64,000 nucleotides of DNA, taken from positions 1 through 64,000 of the forward strand of contig JBHHVU010000009.1 of the NCBI GenBank assembly GCA_046754465.1, in the 5' to 3' direction. The notes beneath the pieces are model-generated. The model made no database searches. It saw nothing but the letters and a program-made list of their open reading frames with translations, and was not told where the DNA came from. The translations under genes were made by a program, and so were the position numbers. Below, in pieces: positions 9,267 through 22,183 of this stretch (the first letter of the stretch is position 1; every line of letters starts with the position of its first letter). Origin of the DNA: Nitrospinaceae bacterium. GTDB taxonomy: Bacteria > Nitrospinota > Nitrospinia > Nitrospinales > VA-1.

Positions 9267-10469
9267 ATGCCGACGAATGAGGATATCGTGAATTTGACCG
9301 AGCAACACGTGGCCCACACATACGCCAGGTTTCCGATCGCCCTCGTCCGCGGCAAGGGCACGAAGGTCTGGGACCGTTCGGGCAAACAATACACGGATTT
9401 CGTAGGCGGCCTCGCGGTGGACAACCTGGGTCATTGTCCCCCTCCGGTGGTGGCGGCCATCCGCCGGCAGGCGGGACAGCTGCTTCACGTCTCCAATCTG
9501 TACCACATCGAACCGCAGGCCCGGCTGGCGGCGGAGATCACCCGCCTGAGCTTCGCGGACAAGGTTTTTTTCTGTAATAGCGGTACCGAGGCGAACGAAG
9601 CCGCCATCAAACTCGCGCGGCGGTATTATTTTGACCGTGGGGACAAGGCCCGCCGGGAAATCATCGCCATGGACAACTCGTTTCACGGGCGAACGCTGGG
9701 TTCCCTTTCCGCCACCGGTCAAAAAAAATTGCATGAAGGATTCACCCCTCTTTTATCCGGGTTCAAGTTCGTGCCGTTCAACAGCATCCCGGCGGTCCGG
9801 AAAACCCTTTCCCGGAAAACCTGCGCCGTTCTGGTCGAGCCGGTCCAGGGAGAGGGAGGCGTCCGCCTGCCCGCTCCGGACTATCTCCGAACATTGAAGA
9901 CCCTTTGCGCCGAAAAAGGAGTGTTATTGATTCTCGATGAAGTCCAAACCGGACTCGGCAGAACGGGCAAACTCTTTGCTTATGAGCGGTTCGGTGTCGA
10001 ACCCGATATCATGACCCTGGCCAAGGCGCTGGGAAGCGGGGTCGCCATCGGCGCCATGATGGCCACCCGCCGCGTGATCCAATCCTTTGTACCGGGCACC
10101 CATGCCGCCACGTTCGGCGGAAATCCTCTGGCTTGCGCCGCTGCGCTCGCCTCCCTTAAGACTCTCGAACGGAAGGAATTTTTAAAAAAAGCCGATCAAA
10201 AGGGAGAATATTTCAAATCCCGTTTGCAAGGATTGGCCGAACGGTTTCCGGTGGTCCGGGACGTTCGGGGCGTGGGGTTGATGCTGGCCCTGGAACTGAA
10301 TCAACCCGGGAAAGAGGTGGTGCTGGACTGCATGCGGCAGGGATACCTGATAAACTGCGTTCAGCAAAACGTTCTCCGGTTCCTGCCCCCCCTCATCATC
10401 ACCAAAAAAGAAATCGACGGGATGATCCAGGTTCTTTCCCGGGGTTTGGAAAAATTGAAGACGGGATGA
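9267..10469 (+). CDS. argD: Acetylornithine aminotransferase
   Basis: FCNSGTEANEAAIKLAR, SFHGRT, EPVQGEGG, ILDEVQTGLGRTG, TLAKALG, TFGGNPLAC; adjacent to argF. Confidence 0.93.
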   Translation: MPTNEDIVNLTEQHVAHTYARFPIALVRGKGTKVWDRSGKQYTDFVGGLAVDNLGHCPPPVVAAIRRQAGQLLHVSNLYHIEPQARLAAEITRLSFADKVFFCNSGTEANEAAIKLARRYYFDRGDKARREIIAMDNSFHGRTLGSLSATGQKKLHEGFTPLLSGFKFVPFNSIPAVRKTLSRKTCAVLVEPVQGEGGVRLPAPDYLRTLKTLCAEKGVLLILDEVQTGLGRTGKLFAYERFGVEPDIMTLAKALGSGVAIGAMMATRRVIQSFVPGTHAATFGGNPLACAAALASLKTLERKEFLKKADQKGEYFKSRLQGLAERFPVVRDVRGVGLMLALELNQPGKEVVLDCMRQGYLINCVQQNVLRFLPPLIITKKEIDGMIQVLSRGLEKLKTG

Positions 10470-10520
10470 TTTTCCTGGCCTGGCATCCATGGTTCCACTC
10501 GTTTCAAGAGGTTCTTGCTC

Positions 10521-11432
10521 ATGAAAAAAGATTTTTTATTCCTCAGCGATCTGACCCGAGAGGAAATTTTATCTCTTCTGGAAAAATCATCCGATCTGAA
10601 ACAGAAGCGGCGGAACCATATTATCCATCAGCCGCTCAAGGGAAAATCGCTGGGCATGATTTTCAGAAAGGAGTCCACCCGCACGCGCATTTCCTTTGAA
10701 GTCGGCATGTATGAACTGGGCGGGTGCGCCCTTTTCCTGACTGGCGACCAGCTTCAACTCAAGCGCGGGGAAACCCTGGCCGATTCGGCCCAGGTGATTT
10801 CCCGTTACCTGAGCGGCATCGTCATGCGGACTTTCGATCACCAGGAAGTGGTGGACCTCGCCCGCAACGCGTCCATTCCCGTGATCAACGGACTCACCGA
10901 CTTGAACCATCCGGTCCAAATATTGTCGGACCTTTTTACCATCCAGGAAAAACTCGGCCGGATCGATAATGTCAAGATCGCCTTTGTCGGCGACGGAAAC
11001 AACGTCGCCTATTCCTGGATGATCGGCGCTTCCTTGATGGGGATGCACCTGGCTCTCGCTTGCCCTCCCGAATATCAGCCGAAACGGCCTGAAACCCTGG
11101 GAACCCGCGGACAGGTGGAAATTCTGGAAGACCCCCTGGCCGCCGTCCGCGATGCGGACATCATCTATACAGACGTTTGGGTCAGCATGGGGCAGGAAAA
11201 AGAATCAGAACAAAAAATTAAACGGCTTCGCCCCTACCAGATCAATCGGAAACTCGTCGACGCGGCCCGGGAGGACGTCCTGGTGATGCATTGTCTGCCA
11301 GCCCACCGGGAAATGGAAATCACATCGGAGGTCCTGGATGGAAAAAACTCCATCGTTCTCGATCAGGCGGAAAACCGGCTGCATGTCCAAAAAGCTCTCC
11401 TGGAAGCATTGTTATGCTCCCCCCAACAGTGA
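10521..11432 (+). CDS. argF: Ornithine carbamoyltransferase
   Basis: STRTRISFE, INGLTDLNHPVQ, GDGNNVA, YTDVWVSMGQE, MHCLPAHR, DQAENRLH. Confidence 0.96.
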   Translation: MKKDFLFLSDLTREEILSLLEKSSDLKQKRRNHIIHQPLKGKSLGMIFRKESTRTRISFEVGMYELGGCALFLTGDQLQLKRGETLADSAQVISRYLSGIVMRTFDHQEVVDLARNASIPVINGLTDLNHPVQILSDLFTIQEKLGRIDNVKIAFVGDGNNVAYSWMIGASLMGMHLALACPPEYQPKRPETLGTRGQVEILEDPLAAVRDADIIYTDVWVSMGQEKESEQKIKRLRPYQINRKLVDAAREDVLVMHCLPAHREMEITSEVLDGKNSIVLDQAENRLHVQKALLEALLCSPQQ

Positions 11433-11496
11433 TATGATCGAATTTTGATGCCCCTTGAAACCCTGCTCCCAGGAAAATCAAAACTCCTAAAAACTG

Positions 11497-14377
<2,881 letters not shown>

Positions 14378-14397
14378 TCTCCCCCGCGGGAAAAGGT

Positions 14398-14775
14398 TCA
14401 AACCAAAGTGGCGCCGTTTTCATCTTCACCGAGTATCCCTCGGATACGTAACTCGTGCAGCTCGTATCCAGACCGCTGGGGTATCGAAGCCTGGATCACC
14501 TCTTTCAACAACTCCAGCTTTTCCCTGTCCAGCCACTCCAGCATGCGGTCAAAAATCTTTTCCGGAAAATAGAGGGTGAGGTTCAGCTTCGCCCGCTGGT
14601 AAAAAAACCGGTACCCGGAGCGGATGGGGTTGTTCCTTATGGGGTGATACTCCACATGACCCTCCCGCATGAAGGAAGCGGTCTCGGCCCAGTCTTCCCC
14701 CAGGACGAGAAGGCCCTGGCGGACCCTGGATAATAAAATGTCCGGCTCCAGTAATTCATAGGTGTAGCTGACCAT
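14398..14775 (-). CDS. Hypothetical protein (125 aa)
   Basis: Globular-looking sequence from MVSYTYELLEP with strong RBS GGAGGAGG upstream; the longer ORF-track start overlaps the methyltransferase gene. Confidence 0.7.
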   Translation of the reverse strand: MVSYTYELLEPDILLSRVRQGLLVLGEDWAETASFMREGHVEYHPIRNNPIRSGYRFFYQRAKLNLTLYFPEKIFDRMLEWLDREKLELLKEVIQASIPQRSGYELHELRIRGILGEDENGATLV

Positions 14776-14875
14776 CGGATTCCTCCTCCAAAAAACGGGG
14801 GCCGGACTTTGCTCCGGGTTCCGGAATGAGTCATGGATAAAACTATAAGACGGTGCCAGGCAAAAAAAGGGTTCG

Positions 14876-15727
14876 TCACGAGGAGCCGCGCGCCTTTTTC
14901 GACCAGCGGGGAAGGTGCCGGACCCGCATCGCCATGAACAGGGGAATTTCCATGCGAGCCCGGTTTTCCGCCCGGGCCCGCTTCCCCGGCTGACTTTTCT
15001 TCGGCGAAACCCATTCTTCCAGGCCATCGACACAAAGACCCGCCAGGGACAAAGCCTGGAAATAACTTTGCAGCGGACGGTGAAAGGTCTGAGTATAAAC
15101 CTTGGAACGCGCCATCGGCGGCGTCAGGATGGGAATGGTGATTTCGGAGGCGTAATGGTCCACCCTCCGGTATTCCAGTTTTTTCTCTTCATCCCATCCC
15201 CAGTGGGTTTGCCGGGGAATGCGGAAGCACGGGTGGGTGAGGACCATCACGAACCGCCCCTCCGGTTTCATCCACCGGGAGACATTCTGGAATACCGGCA
15301 GGATATCCTCCATATTCTGCAGGGCCAGAAGGCAGGCCACGGCATCGAACCGGGCTTCAGGAAAAATTTTTGGATCCCGCGCGTCGGCGGTGTGATAATC
15401 GATAACGGTTCGCGACCGCGACCGTGCCCGGCGAATGAGTTCCCCGGAAGAATCCAGCCCTTCCACCCGCAGTCCCTTGCGGGAAAGGAAACGGGAAAAC
15501 ACGCCCTGGCCGCAGGCCAGGTCGAGGACCCGGTCCCCCTTCTTCAATTCCATCAACTTGAAGGCGCCCGGCATGATGATTTCCTTCTGGAACGGAGTCC
15601 CCTGACCTCCCACGAGAGCGTCGTACCAGCGCGAGGCTTGGTCCCACTCCGTCTGGAGAGCGCTTCGGGACCGCGGACCTTTCCTTCCGGGCCTGCGTCG
15701 ATTTTGAACTGATTTTTTTGTCTTCAA
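14876..15727 (-). CDS. Class I SAM-dependent methyltransferase
   Basis: WDQASRWYD, VLDLACGQG, GLDSS, ADAR, LTHPCF, FHRPL. Start uncertain (TTG 15727 chosen). Confidence 0.85.
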   Translation of the reverse strand: MKTKKSVQNRRRPGRKGPRSRSALQTEWDQASRWYDALVGGQGTPFQKEIIMPGAFKLMELKKGDRVLDLACGQGVFSRFLSRKGLRVEGLDSSGELIRRARSRSRTVIDYHTADARDPKIFPEARFDAVACLLALQNMEDILPVFQNVSRWMKPEGRFVMVLTHPCFRIPRQTHWGWDEEKKLEYRRVDHYASEITIPILTPPMARSKVYTQTFHRPLQSYFQALSLAGLCVDGLEEWVSPKKSQPGKRARAENRARMEIPLFMAMRVRHLPRWSKKARGSS

Positions 15728-15951
15728 TTTAAAGAGAAAAAACAGGAGTTGACCTTGCCTCGCTCCCTTGCGGGTCCCGAAATCACGGCAAGGGAAAAAA
15801 CCCGCGGAGGATGGATTCCACCGCCGGGTAATCCCCACGGCGGGACGCTGGCGGATGGAAGAGAAATCCATTATAATTCTCCAAGCCGCCCGGGAAGTTC
15901 ACCAACGCTTCCCATTCTACGATCGCCAATCTTACCACACGAGGCCCTTTC

Positions 15952-16425
15952 ATGAAATCCAGCAAGCCCCGCTTATCCCATTACCTGAAATACTCATTCC
16001 TTGCCATTCTGTTGGCGAACCTTTGCGCCTGCGCCCTCAACTCCTTCGTGAAAATACAGGAAGACCTCGAGAAAAATATTCAAATGTACAATACCCGGTT
16101 TGAAGGCAAGATGATGGACCTCAGCGCCGTATTCGTTCTCAATGACCGGCGGGCCAAGTTCCTCATAGAGTCGCAAAAGGTAAAAGACAAGATCCTTTTC
16201 TACGATAGTTCGATTCTCGACATCCAAATTTTCCAGGACAAAACTCCCATCAAGGTCACATCCCAGGGACCGGAGAAAGATTTCAACCGGGCGGTGGTGA
16301 TCATGCGTTACCAGTTGGCGGTGCTGCCCAGCAACCAACTAAAAACCATCGTGGTGAAACAATTGTGGGTCCGGGATGAAGAGCGATGGGTGGTGGTCCC
16401 GGACCTGAGGGTTTTCTTCCAGTAA
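15952..16425 (+). CDS. Hypothetical lipoprotein
   Basis: Basic N-terminus, hydrophobic stretch and lipobox-like LCAC; C-terminal 'QLWVRDEERWVVVP' beta strands. Confidence 0.65.
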   Translation: MKSSKPRLSHYLKYSFLAILLANLCACALNSFVKIQEDLEKNIQMYNTRFEGKMMDLSAVFVLNDRRAKFLIESQKVKDKILFYDSSILDIQIFQDKTPIKVTSQGPEKDFNRAVVIMRYQLAVLPSNQLKTIVVKQLWVRDEERWVVVPDLRVFFQ

Positions 16426-16431
16426 CCGCCA

Positions 16432-17127
16432 TCAGGGGGAAAGGACCACTTGAACCGGCCGGTTCAGGGAAACGGTGGAAGCGGTGACCCTGCAGTTGCA
16501 GCCATACAACTCGACACCGGCTTGGTGCGCCGCTCTCAACCATTCGCCGAACGCGGGATCGATGGCGTCGTTGGGGGTGATGGACCGGGTATCGGACCGC
16601 TGGGAAACGAACAAGACCGCCGCGCGCCGACCCTGCCCGCGCAGGCCGATCAATTCCCTGAGGTGTTTGACACCCCGCACCGTCGGGGCGTCGGGAAACC
16701 TGCCGACGCCGCCCTCCACGAAACTCACCGACTTCACCTCGACCAGGGCCGAATGCCCCGCATAATCCAACCGGAAATCGAATCGGCTTCCACCAACCTT
16801 ATATTCACCCTGGAAATCCTGGTAGCCCTCGAAAAAGGGAAGTGTGCGGGCAACAAGGGCCTCTTTCACCAAGGCATTGGCAAACACCGGATACACGGAA
16901 ACCCAGATGGCACCGTGGCGGACCAGGACGAGGGTGTAATCGGTTTTTCTTTTCGGTCCGGGCTGGTGGACCAGCCGCACCCTTCGTCCGGCGATCATCA
17001 AACCCGGCAGGCGGCCCGGGTCGGGTACGTGCGCGGGGACCTCCCGTCCGTCCACTTGCACTTTGGCTAGGTAGCGGTTGGGACGTTCCAGGAAAACGCC
17101 GTCAACGATGCGGGCGCCCAATTTCAT
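16432..17127 (-). CDS. sfsA: DNA/RNA nuclease SfsA
   Basis: ERPNRY, AHVPDPGRL, SRFDF, VEVKSVS, FPDAPTVRGVKHLREL, DPAF. Confidence 0.93.
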   Translation of the reverse strand: MKLGARIVDGVFLERPNRYLAKVQVDGREVPAHVPDPGRLPGLMIAGRRVRLVHQPGPKRKTDYTLVLVRHGAIWVSVYPVFANALVKEALVARTLPFFEGYQDFQGEYKVGGSRFDFRLDYAGHSALVEVKSVSFVEGGVGRFPDAPTVRGVKHLRELIGLRGQGRRAAVLFVSQRSDTRSITPNDAIDPAFGEWLRAAHQAGVELYGCNCRVTASTVSLNRPVQVVLSP

Positions 17128-17210
17128 GCAATTTTCCGATCCATGGGTTTCCCCGGGGTGAAGGACAGGCCTGTCCGCTCCGGGCGGCTTGCTTCTTCCG
17201 GCATTCCGGT

Positions 17211-18728
17211 TCAGTGGTGGGCGTCTTTTTTGCCCGAATGGAGATTCACGGTTTTCTCCACGGTCAGGATGGATTCGACGGACGGGGAAACCCGGTCGAT
17301 GAAGGGTTTGGGGTAAAGACCGATCAGCACGATCAGCACGCAGGCGGGAAGCAACAGGCCCAACTCCATCCGGTTGGCATCGGTCAGGTTTTCAGGCAGG
17401 TGATCCTGTGTTTCCTGCATGGCGCCCTGGAACATGTACAACATGTAAATGGCCGCGAAAACGATGGCCAATCCGCCCATCAACACCAGCAGGGTGGACA
17501 AATCGGAAAGGGCGTGGGAGGTCCAGACTCCCATGAGGATCAGGAATTCCCCGACGAATCCGTTCAAACCGGGCAGCCCCAGGGCGGCGAGGACGATCAG
17601 CATGAACACGCCGTAAAGCAGGGGCATGGCATGGCCGAGGCCGCGGAAATCCTTCAAGTTGCGCGTTCCCAGTTTGCGTTCGATGATGTCCACGATGAGG
17701 AACAGGGCGGAGGCGATGATCCCATGGTTGAACATTTGCAGGACGCTGCCTTCCACTCCCTGGCCGTTCCCGGCGAATATTCCCAGGGTGATGAAACCGA
17801 GGTGACTGATGCTGGAGTAAGCCACCAGGGCTTTCAGGTCCTTCTGGGCGATGGCGATCCAGGCTCCGTAAACGATACCCGCCGCGGCGGCAAAGGCGAT
17901 CGTTCCTCCCAGGTCCGCCACTGCGTCGGGAAACATCGGCAGACAGAACCGGATGAACCCGTAAGCGCCGGTCTTCGACATGGCGCCGGTAAGCAGAACC
18001 AGGGGAGGCACCGGACAGGAGATATAGGCGTGGGGCACCCAACTGTGCAGGGGGAACACCGGAACCTTGATGGCAAACGCGAGAAAGAAAAACAGGAACA
18101 TCCAGAGCTGGGTGCCGGGATCGATTTGAGTGTGAACCAGGGTTTGGATATCGAAGGTGAGTTCTCCCGTGGCCTCATAGTGCACCACCGTGATGGCAAT
18201 GATGGCGACCAGCATCAGAAGACTTCCCACCAGGGTATAGATCACGAACTTGGTGGTGGCGTAAATCCGGCGCCCCTCCCCCCAGATTCCGATCATGAAA
18301 TAGGTGGGAACCAGCATGAGCTCCCAGAAGACATAAAAAAGAATGGTATCCAACGCCAGGAAAACACCCAGGATTCCCGATTCCATGAGCAGCATCAGGG
18401 CGAGGAAATTCCTCAGGTTTTTTTTCTGGTTGAGGGAATACAGGATCGCGATTCCCGAAAGGAGGGTGGTCAAAATCACCATGAGCAGGCTGATTCCGTC
18501 CACGCCCACCTCGTATTTGATGTTCAGGAGGGGAACCCAGGAAACGGACTCCACGAACTGCATTCCGGAATCGGTTTTGTCGAATGCCAGGAGGAGTCCG
18601 ATGGAAATCAGGAAGGTCAAACCCGCTCCGCCCACGGCAAGGGTCCGGATATAGGATTGGCTTTCCTTCCCCACGAAAAGAAGGGCCAGCGCAACGGCAA
18701 AGGGTATGAAAATAATCAGTGTCAACAT
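17211..18728 (-). CDS. nuoM: NADH-quinone oxidoreductase subunit M
   Basis: GVDGISL, FYVFWELML, KVPVFPLHSW, KTGAYG, AYSSISHLG, GLPGLNGFVGEF. Confidence 0.95.
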   Translation of the reverse strand: MLTLIIFIPFAVALALLFVGKESQSYIRTLAVGGAGLTFLISIGLLLAFDKTDSGMQFVESVSWVPLLNIKYEVGVDGISLLMVILTTLLSGIAILYSLNQKKNLRNFLALMLLMESGILGVFLALDTILFYVFWELMLVPTYFMIGIWGEGRRIYATTKFVIYTLVGSLLMLVAIIAITVVHYEATGELTFDIQTLVHTQIDPGTQLWMFLFFFLAFAIKVPVFPLHSWVPHAYISCPVPPLVLLTGAMSKTGAYGFIRFCLPMFPDAVADLGGTIAFAAAAGIVYGAWIAIAQKDLKALVAYSSISHLGFITLGIFAGNGQGVEGSVLQMFNHGIIASALFLIVDIIERKLGTRNLKDFRGLGHAMPLLYGVFMLIVLAALGLPGLNGFVGEFLILMGVWTSHALSDLSTLLVLMGGLAIVFAAIYMLYMFQGAMQETQDHLPENLTDANRMELGLLLPACVLIVLIGLYPKPFIDRVSPSVESILTVEKTVNLHSGKKDAHH

Positions 18729-18749
18729 ATCAGTTCATGTTCCGCCGTT

Positions 18750-20618
18750 TTAAAGAAAGACGACAAACAGCAGAATCGTCACCACCCCCACGACCATATT
18801 GAGGGCATAGGTTCTCACCTTGCCGGACTGCCAAAGGCTGAGGCCGTAACTCACGCCGCGGACCTTTTCGCCCAGTTCATCGACGGCGTAGTCGATTCCC
18901 TGTTTTTCCGCCTTTTCCTCCAGGAACGCCCCGATGGCGCGAACCGGCCGGACGATGAGAAAGTCGTAAATTTCATCCACGTAGAATTTATTGATGAGAA
19001 GATCGTAGATGGGCGCGAGGGCCTGCTTGGCGAATTCCAACTTGTCCCGACTGGTCATATAGACCAAGCCCGCGGTCACAATCCCCCCGATTCCCGCAAA
19101 AATTGCGATGGTTTCCAACAGGGAGTCTTCATAATGTTCCGGCAAGGCGCCGAAAACGGGACTGAGGAAGTCATCCACCGCGTGACCCGCGAAACCCATC
19201 ACCAGGGAAAAGAACGCGAGAACCGCCAACGGCCCGGCCATGATCCACGGGGCTTCGTGGGGATGGACGCCGGGCTTTCTCGCGCTTCCCATGAAGGTGT
19301 AAAAATAAACCCGGAAAATGTAAAACCCGGTCATGCCTGCCGTAAATACGGCAATGGCCCAAAACACGATATTCCCCAGGGGAGAGTAATAAGAACTCAG
19401 AATGATCGCTTCCTTACTGAAGAATCCGCTGGTCAGGGGAAACCCGGCCAGGGTCAGGGCGCCGATCAAAAAAGTGACGTGGGTCAGGGGCATGAGGTGC
19501 CGCAATCCTCCCATATTGCGGATATCCTGATCCCCGTTCATGGAATGGATCACGCTGCCCGCGCTCAAAAATAGCAGGGCCTTGAAAAAAGCGTGGGTCA
19601 TCAGATGAAACATCCCCAACGAGAAAACACCGACCCCCACCGCGAGGAACATGTAGCCGAGCTGACTCATCGTGGAATAAGCGATGACGCGCTTGATGTC
19701 GTACTGCACCATCCCCATGGAACCCGCGATGACGGCGGTCAATGCCCCGATGACCGCGACGAGGAACATCGTGTAAGGAGCCAGTTCATAAAGGACATGG
19801 CAGCGGGCCACCAGATAAACCCCGGCGGTGACCATGGTGGCCGCGTGGATCAACGCGCTGACGGGGGTGGGCCCCTCCATGGCATCGGGCAGCCACGTGT
19901 GCAGAGGGATCTGGGCCGATTTGGCCACCGCGCCCACCAGTAACAGCAGGGTGATCAGCAGAACCCCGTCGTCATTGACCAGGAACGTGCCAGGAGCGGC
20001 GGCAAACACATCCATGTAATTGATCGAGCCGAACGTGTTGAAAATCACGAACGCGGCAATGACCATGCCCACATCGCCGATCACGTTCATGACAAATGCT
20101 TTTCGGGCCGCGAGCACCGCACTGGTTTTATCCCTCCAAAATCCGATCAACAGGTAAGACGCCAGACCCACCAGGGCCCAGCCCACGATGAGGAAAAAGA
20201 AATCCGCCGCCGCCACCAGCACCAGCATCGCGAATACAAACAGATTCATGTAAGCAAAGAACCGGCTGTATTCCGGATCGCCCTCCATGTACCCGATCGA
20301 ATACACGTGGATCACGAATCCCACCCCGGTGACGATCAGGAACATGAAGACGGACAAAGGATCGATCAAGATGGACAGGTTCAGCTTGAAGGTCCCGGAA
20401 GATATCCATTGGTAAAGGACCTCCACATGGCCCACCCGTTTCGCCGGTTCCAGCAACAACAGGTTGCTCAGGGTGATCAGGGTGATCAGGAACGACAGGC
20501 CGACGAGACCCGAGGCGGCATACCCCACCCGTTTCCGGGGGATTCTTTCGCCGAACCAGCTCAGGCCCACGAACCCCAGGGCAGGTAGTATTAAAATAAG
20601 CCACGCGTAAGCAAACAA
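18750..20618 (-). CDS. nuoL: NADH-quinone oxidoreductase subunit L
   Basis: KSAQIPLHTWLPDAMEGPTPVSALIHAATMVTAG, AYSTMSQLG, HAFFKALLFL, GFFSKEAI. Confidence 0.96.
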   Translation of the reverse strand: MFAYAWLILILPALGFVGLSWFGERIPRKRVGYAASGLVGLSFLITLITLSNLLLLEPAKRVGHVEVLYQWISSGTFKLNLSILIDPLSVFMFLIVTGVGFVIHVYSIGYMEGDPEYSRFFAYMNLFVFAMLVLVAAADFFFLIVGWALVGLASYLLIGFWRDKTSAVLAARKAFVMNVIGDVGMVIAAFVIFNTFGSINYMDVFAAAPGTFLVNDDGVLLITLLLLVGAVAKSAQIPLHTWLPDAMEGPTPVSALIHAATMVTAGVYLVARCHVLYELAPYTMFLVAVIGALTAVIAGSMGMVQYDIKRVIAYSTMSQLGYMFLAVGVGVFSLGMFHLMTHAFFKALLFLSAGSVIHSMNGDQDIRNMGGLRHLMPLTHVTFLIGALTLAGFPLTSGFFSKEAIILSSYYSPLGNIVFWAIAVFTAGMTGFYIFRVYFYTFMGSARKPGVHPHEAPWIMAGPLAVLAFFSLVMGFAGHAVDDFLSPVFGALPEHYEDSLLETIAIFAGIGGIVTAGLVYMTSRDKLEFAKQALAPIYDLLINKFYVDEIYDFLIVRPVRAIGAFLEEKAEKQGIDYAVDELGEKVRGVSYGLSLWQSGKVRTYALNMVVGVVTILLFVVFL

Positions 20619-20623
20619 TGGAA

Positions 20624-20923
20624 TTATCCCTTCAACACATTAATATGATCGACGTTGAGGTCGTGCCGCGTCCGGAAAATAGTGAGGATGATCGCCAGCC
20701 CCACCACCACCTCGGCGGCGGCCACCGTCATGATGATGAGGGCGAAGATCTGGCCATCCAGGGAATTTAAAAACTTGGAGTAGGCGATCAGTAATAAGTT
20801 GACGGAGTTCAACATGAGTTCCACCGACATCAGCATGATGAGGGGGTTTTTCCGGATGATGAATCCGACCGTGCCAATGCAAAAAATCGTTGCACTGATG
20901 ATGAGAATGAATTGGCTGCCCAT
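20624..20923 (-). CDS. nuoK: NADH-quinone oxidoreductase subunit K
   Basis: MLMSVELMLNSVN, GQIFAL, VAAAEVVVGLAI. Confidence 0.96.
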   Translation of the reverse strand: MGSQFILIISATIFCIGTVGFIIRKNPLIMLMSVELMLNSVNLLLIAYSKFLNSLDGQIFALIIMTVAAAEVVVGLAIILTIFRTRHDLNVDHINVLKG

Positions 20924-20925
20924 GG

Positions 20926-21465
20926 TTATCGCGTCCGCCTCCTCAAGGGGGTGTAAGAAAATTTGGCCAGGCAGACGATGCCCACCGTGGCCACCAGCAG
21001 GAGGACAGATGCCAGTTCAAAGGCTACCAGATGACGGGAAAGCAATTCCAGGCCCACGGCCTTGGCGTTTCCCATCACTGACAAGACCTTCTGGTCGATA
21101 TTTCCCTGGAGGGGTTGGGTGAGCCCCACCCGGGCCGACATCAACAGTTCGCCAAATAAAATAAAAACGAAGGAGAACGCGGCCCATCGCTGAACCGAGG
21201 ATTCCTGGACTTCTTTTTTGCCGCCCAAAAGCGCGATGATGAAAAGGAAAAGAATCATGACCGCGCCGGCGTATACGATGATCTGCACCGCCGCGATGAA
21301 CTCGGCATTATAAAGGAGAAATAAAAGGGCGAGACAAAACATGTTGCTGATCAAGTACAAGGCGCAGTAAATCGGGGTCGCGCTAAGGATCACCCCCAGC
21401 GCGGCGAAAACCGCCGTAACGCCTATCACGAAAACCACCACCTCGTAGGTGATTTCAAACACCAT
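20926..21465 (-). CDS. nuoJ: NADH-quinone oxidoreductase subunit J
   Basis: AEFIAAVQIIVYAGAVMILFLF, FELASVLLL. Confidence 0.95.
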   Translation of the reverse strand: MVFEITYEVVVFVIGVTAVFAALGVILSATPIYCALYLISNMFCLALLFLLYNAEFIAAVQIIVYAGAVMILFLFIIALLGGKKEVQESSVQRWAAFSFVFILFGELLMSARVGLTQPLQGNIDQKVLSVMGNAKAVGLELLSRHLVAFELASVLLLVATVGIVCLAKFSYTPLRRRTR

Positions 21466-21670
21466 TGTCTGCTCCTCCCATGGAATTACCGATACCGGGT
21501 CATGAACCCCTGGGTCCCTTTTTTGAAAAGGGTCCTCCCAAAAACGGACAGGAGAAAAACTCCCGGAATATCATGCCCGGCGGCCCCCATGCATCCCAGG
21601 CGGCCCGGCCGGGAAAATCGCACCTCAAAACATTCCGGACCGGGAATCCCCGTTCCGCCGGCAACTTGGG

Positions 21671-22165
21671 TCATTTATTGATCCGCTCGGTATTGCCCAG
21701 AATATTGACGCGGAATTGGTTGGGTTCGGGATAAACCAATAGATCTTCCTTGGTCGCGATATACATGTCGCGGTCGTAATCCGCCAGTTCGTAATGTTCG
21801 CGAAGCACCACCGCATCCACCGGACAGGCCTCTTCACAATAGCCGCAATAGATGCACCGCAGCAGGTTGATTTCATAAACAGCGGCATACCGTTCGCCGG
21901 GGGACACCCGGTGTTCCGGGGTATTCTCCGCCGAAACCACATGAATGCACCCCACGGGGCAATTGATGGAGCACAGGCTGCACCCCACGCATCGTTCCAA
22001 CCCATTTTCATCGCGATTCAGAAAATGCCGGCCGCGGTACCGCTCCGGCATCGTCCGCTTGACTTCGGGATACTGGATGGTGACGGGCTTGGACAACATA
22101 TTCTTAAAGGTCACCCCGAGACCCACCAATAAATTTTTCATTCCCGATAACGCGGCTTGTAACAT
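21671..22165 (-). CDS. nuoI: NADH-quinone oxidoreductase subunit I
   Basis: TIQYPE, RYRGRH, CVGCSLCSINCP and CIYCGYCEEACP (two 4Fe-4S). Confidence 0.97.
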   Translation of the reverse strand: MLQAALSGMKNLLVGLGVTFKNMLSKPVTIQYPEVKRTMPERYRGRHFLNRDENGLERCVGCSLCSINCPVGCIHVVSAENTPEHRVSPGERYAAVYEINLLRCIYCGYCEEACPVDAVVLREHYELADYDRDMYIATKEDLLVYPEPNQFRVNILGNTERINK

Positions 22166-22183
22166 AAGACCACCCGAACAGTT

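Noticed and set aside
16842..19574. 910-aa plus-strand ORF, and similar long antisense ORFs (3547-5328, 24652-25812, 25904-27034, 38326-40905, 41743-43182, 49795-51111, 58288-59469)
   Set aside because: They lie opposite well-conserved genes, have no recognisable motifs, and are the expected shadow ORFs of GC-rich codon usage.
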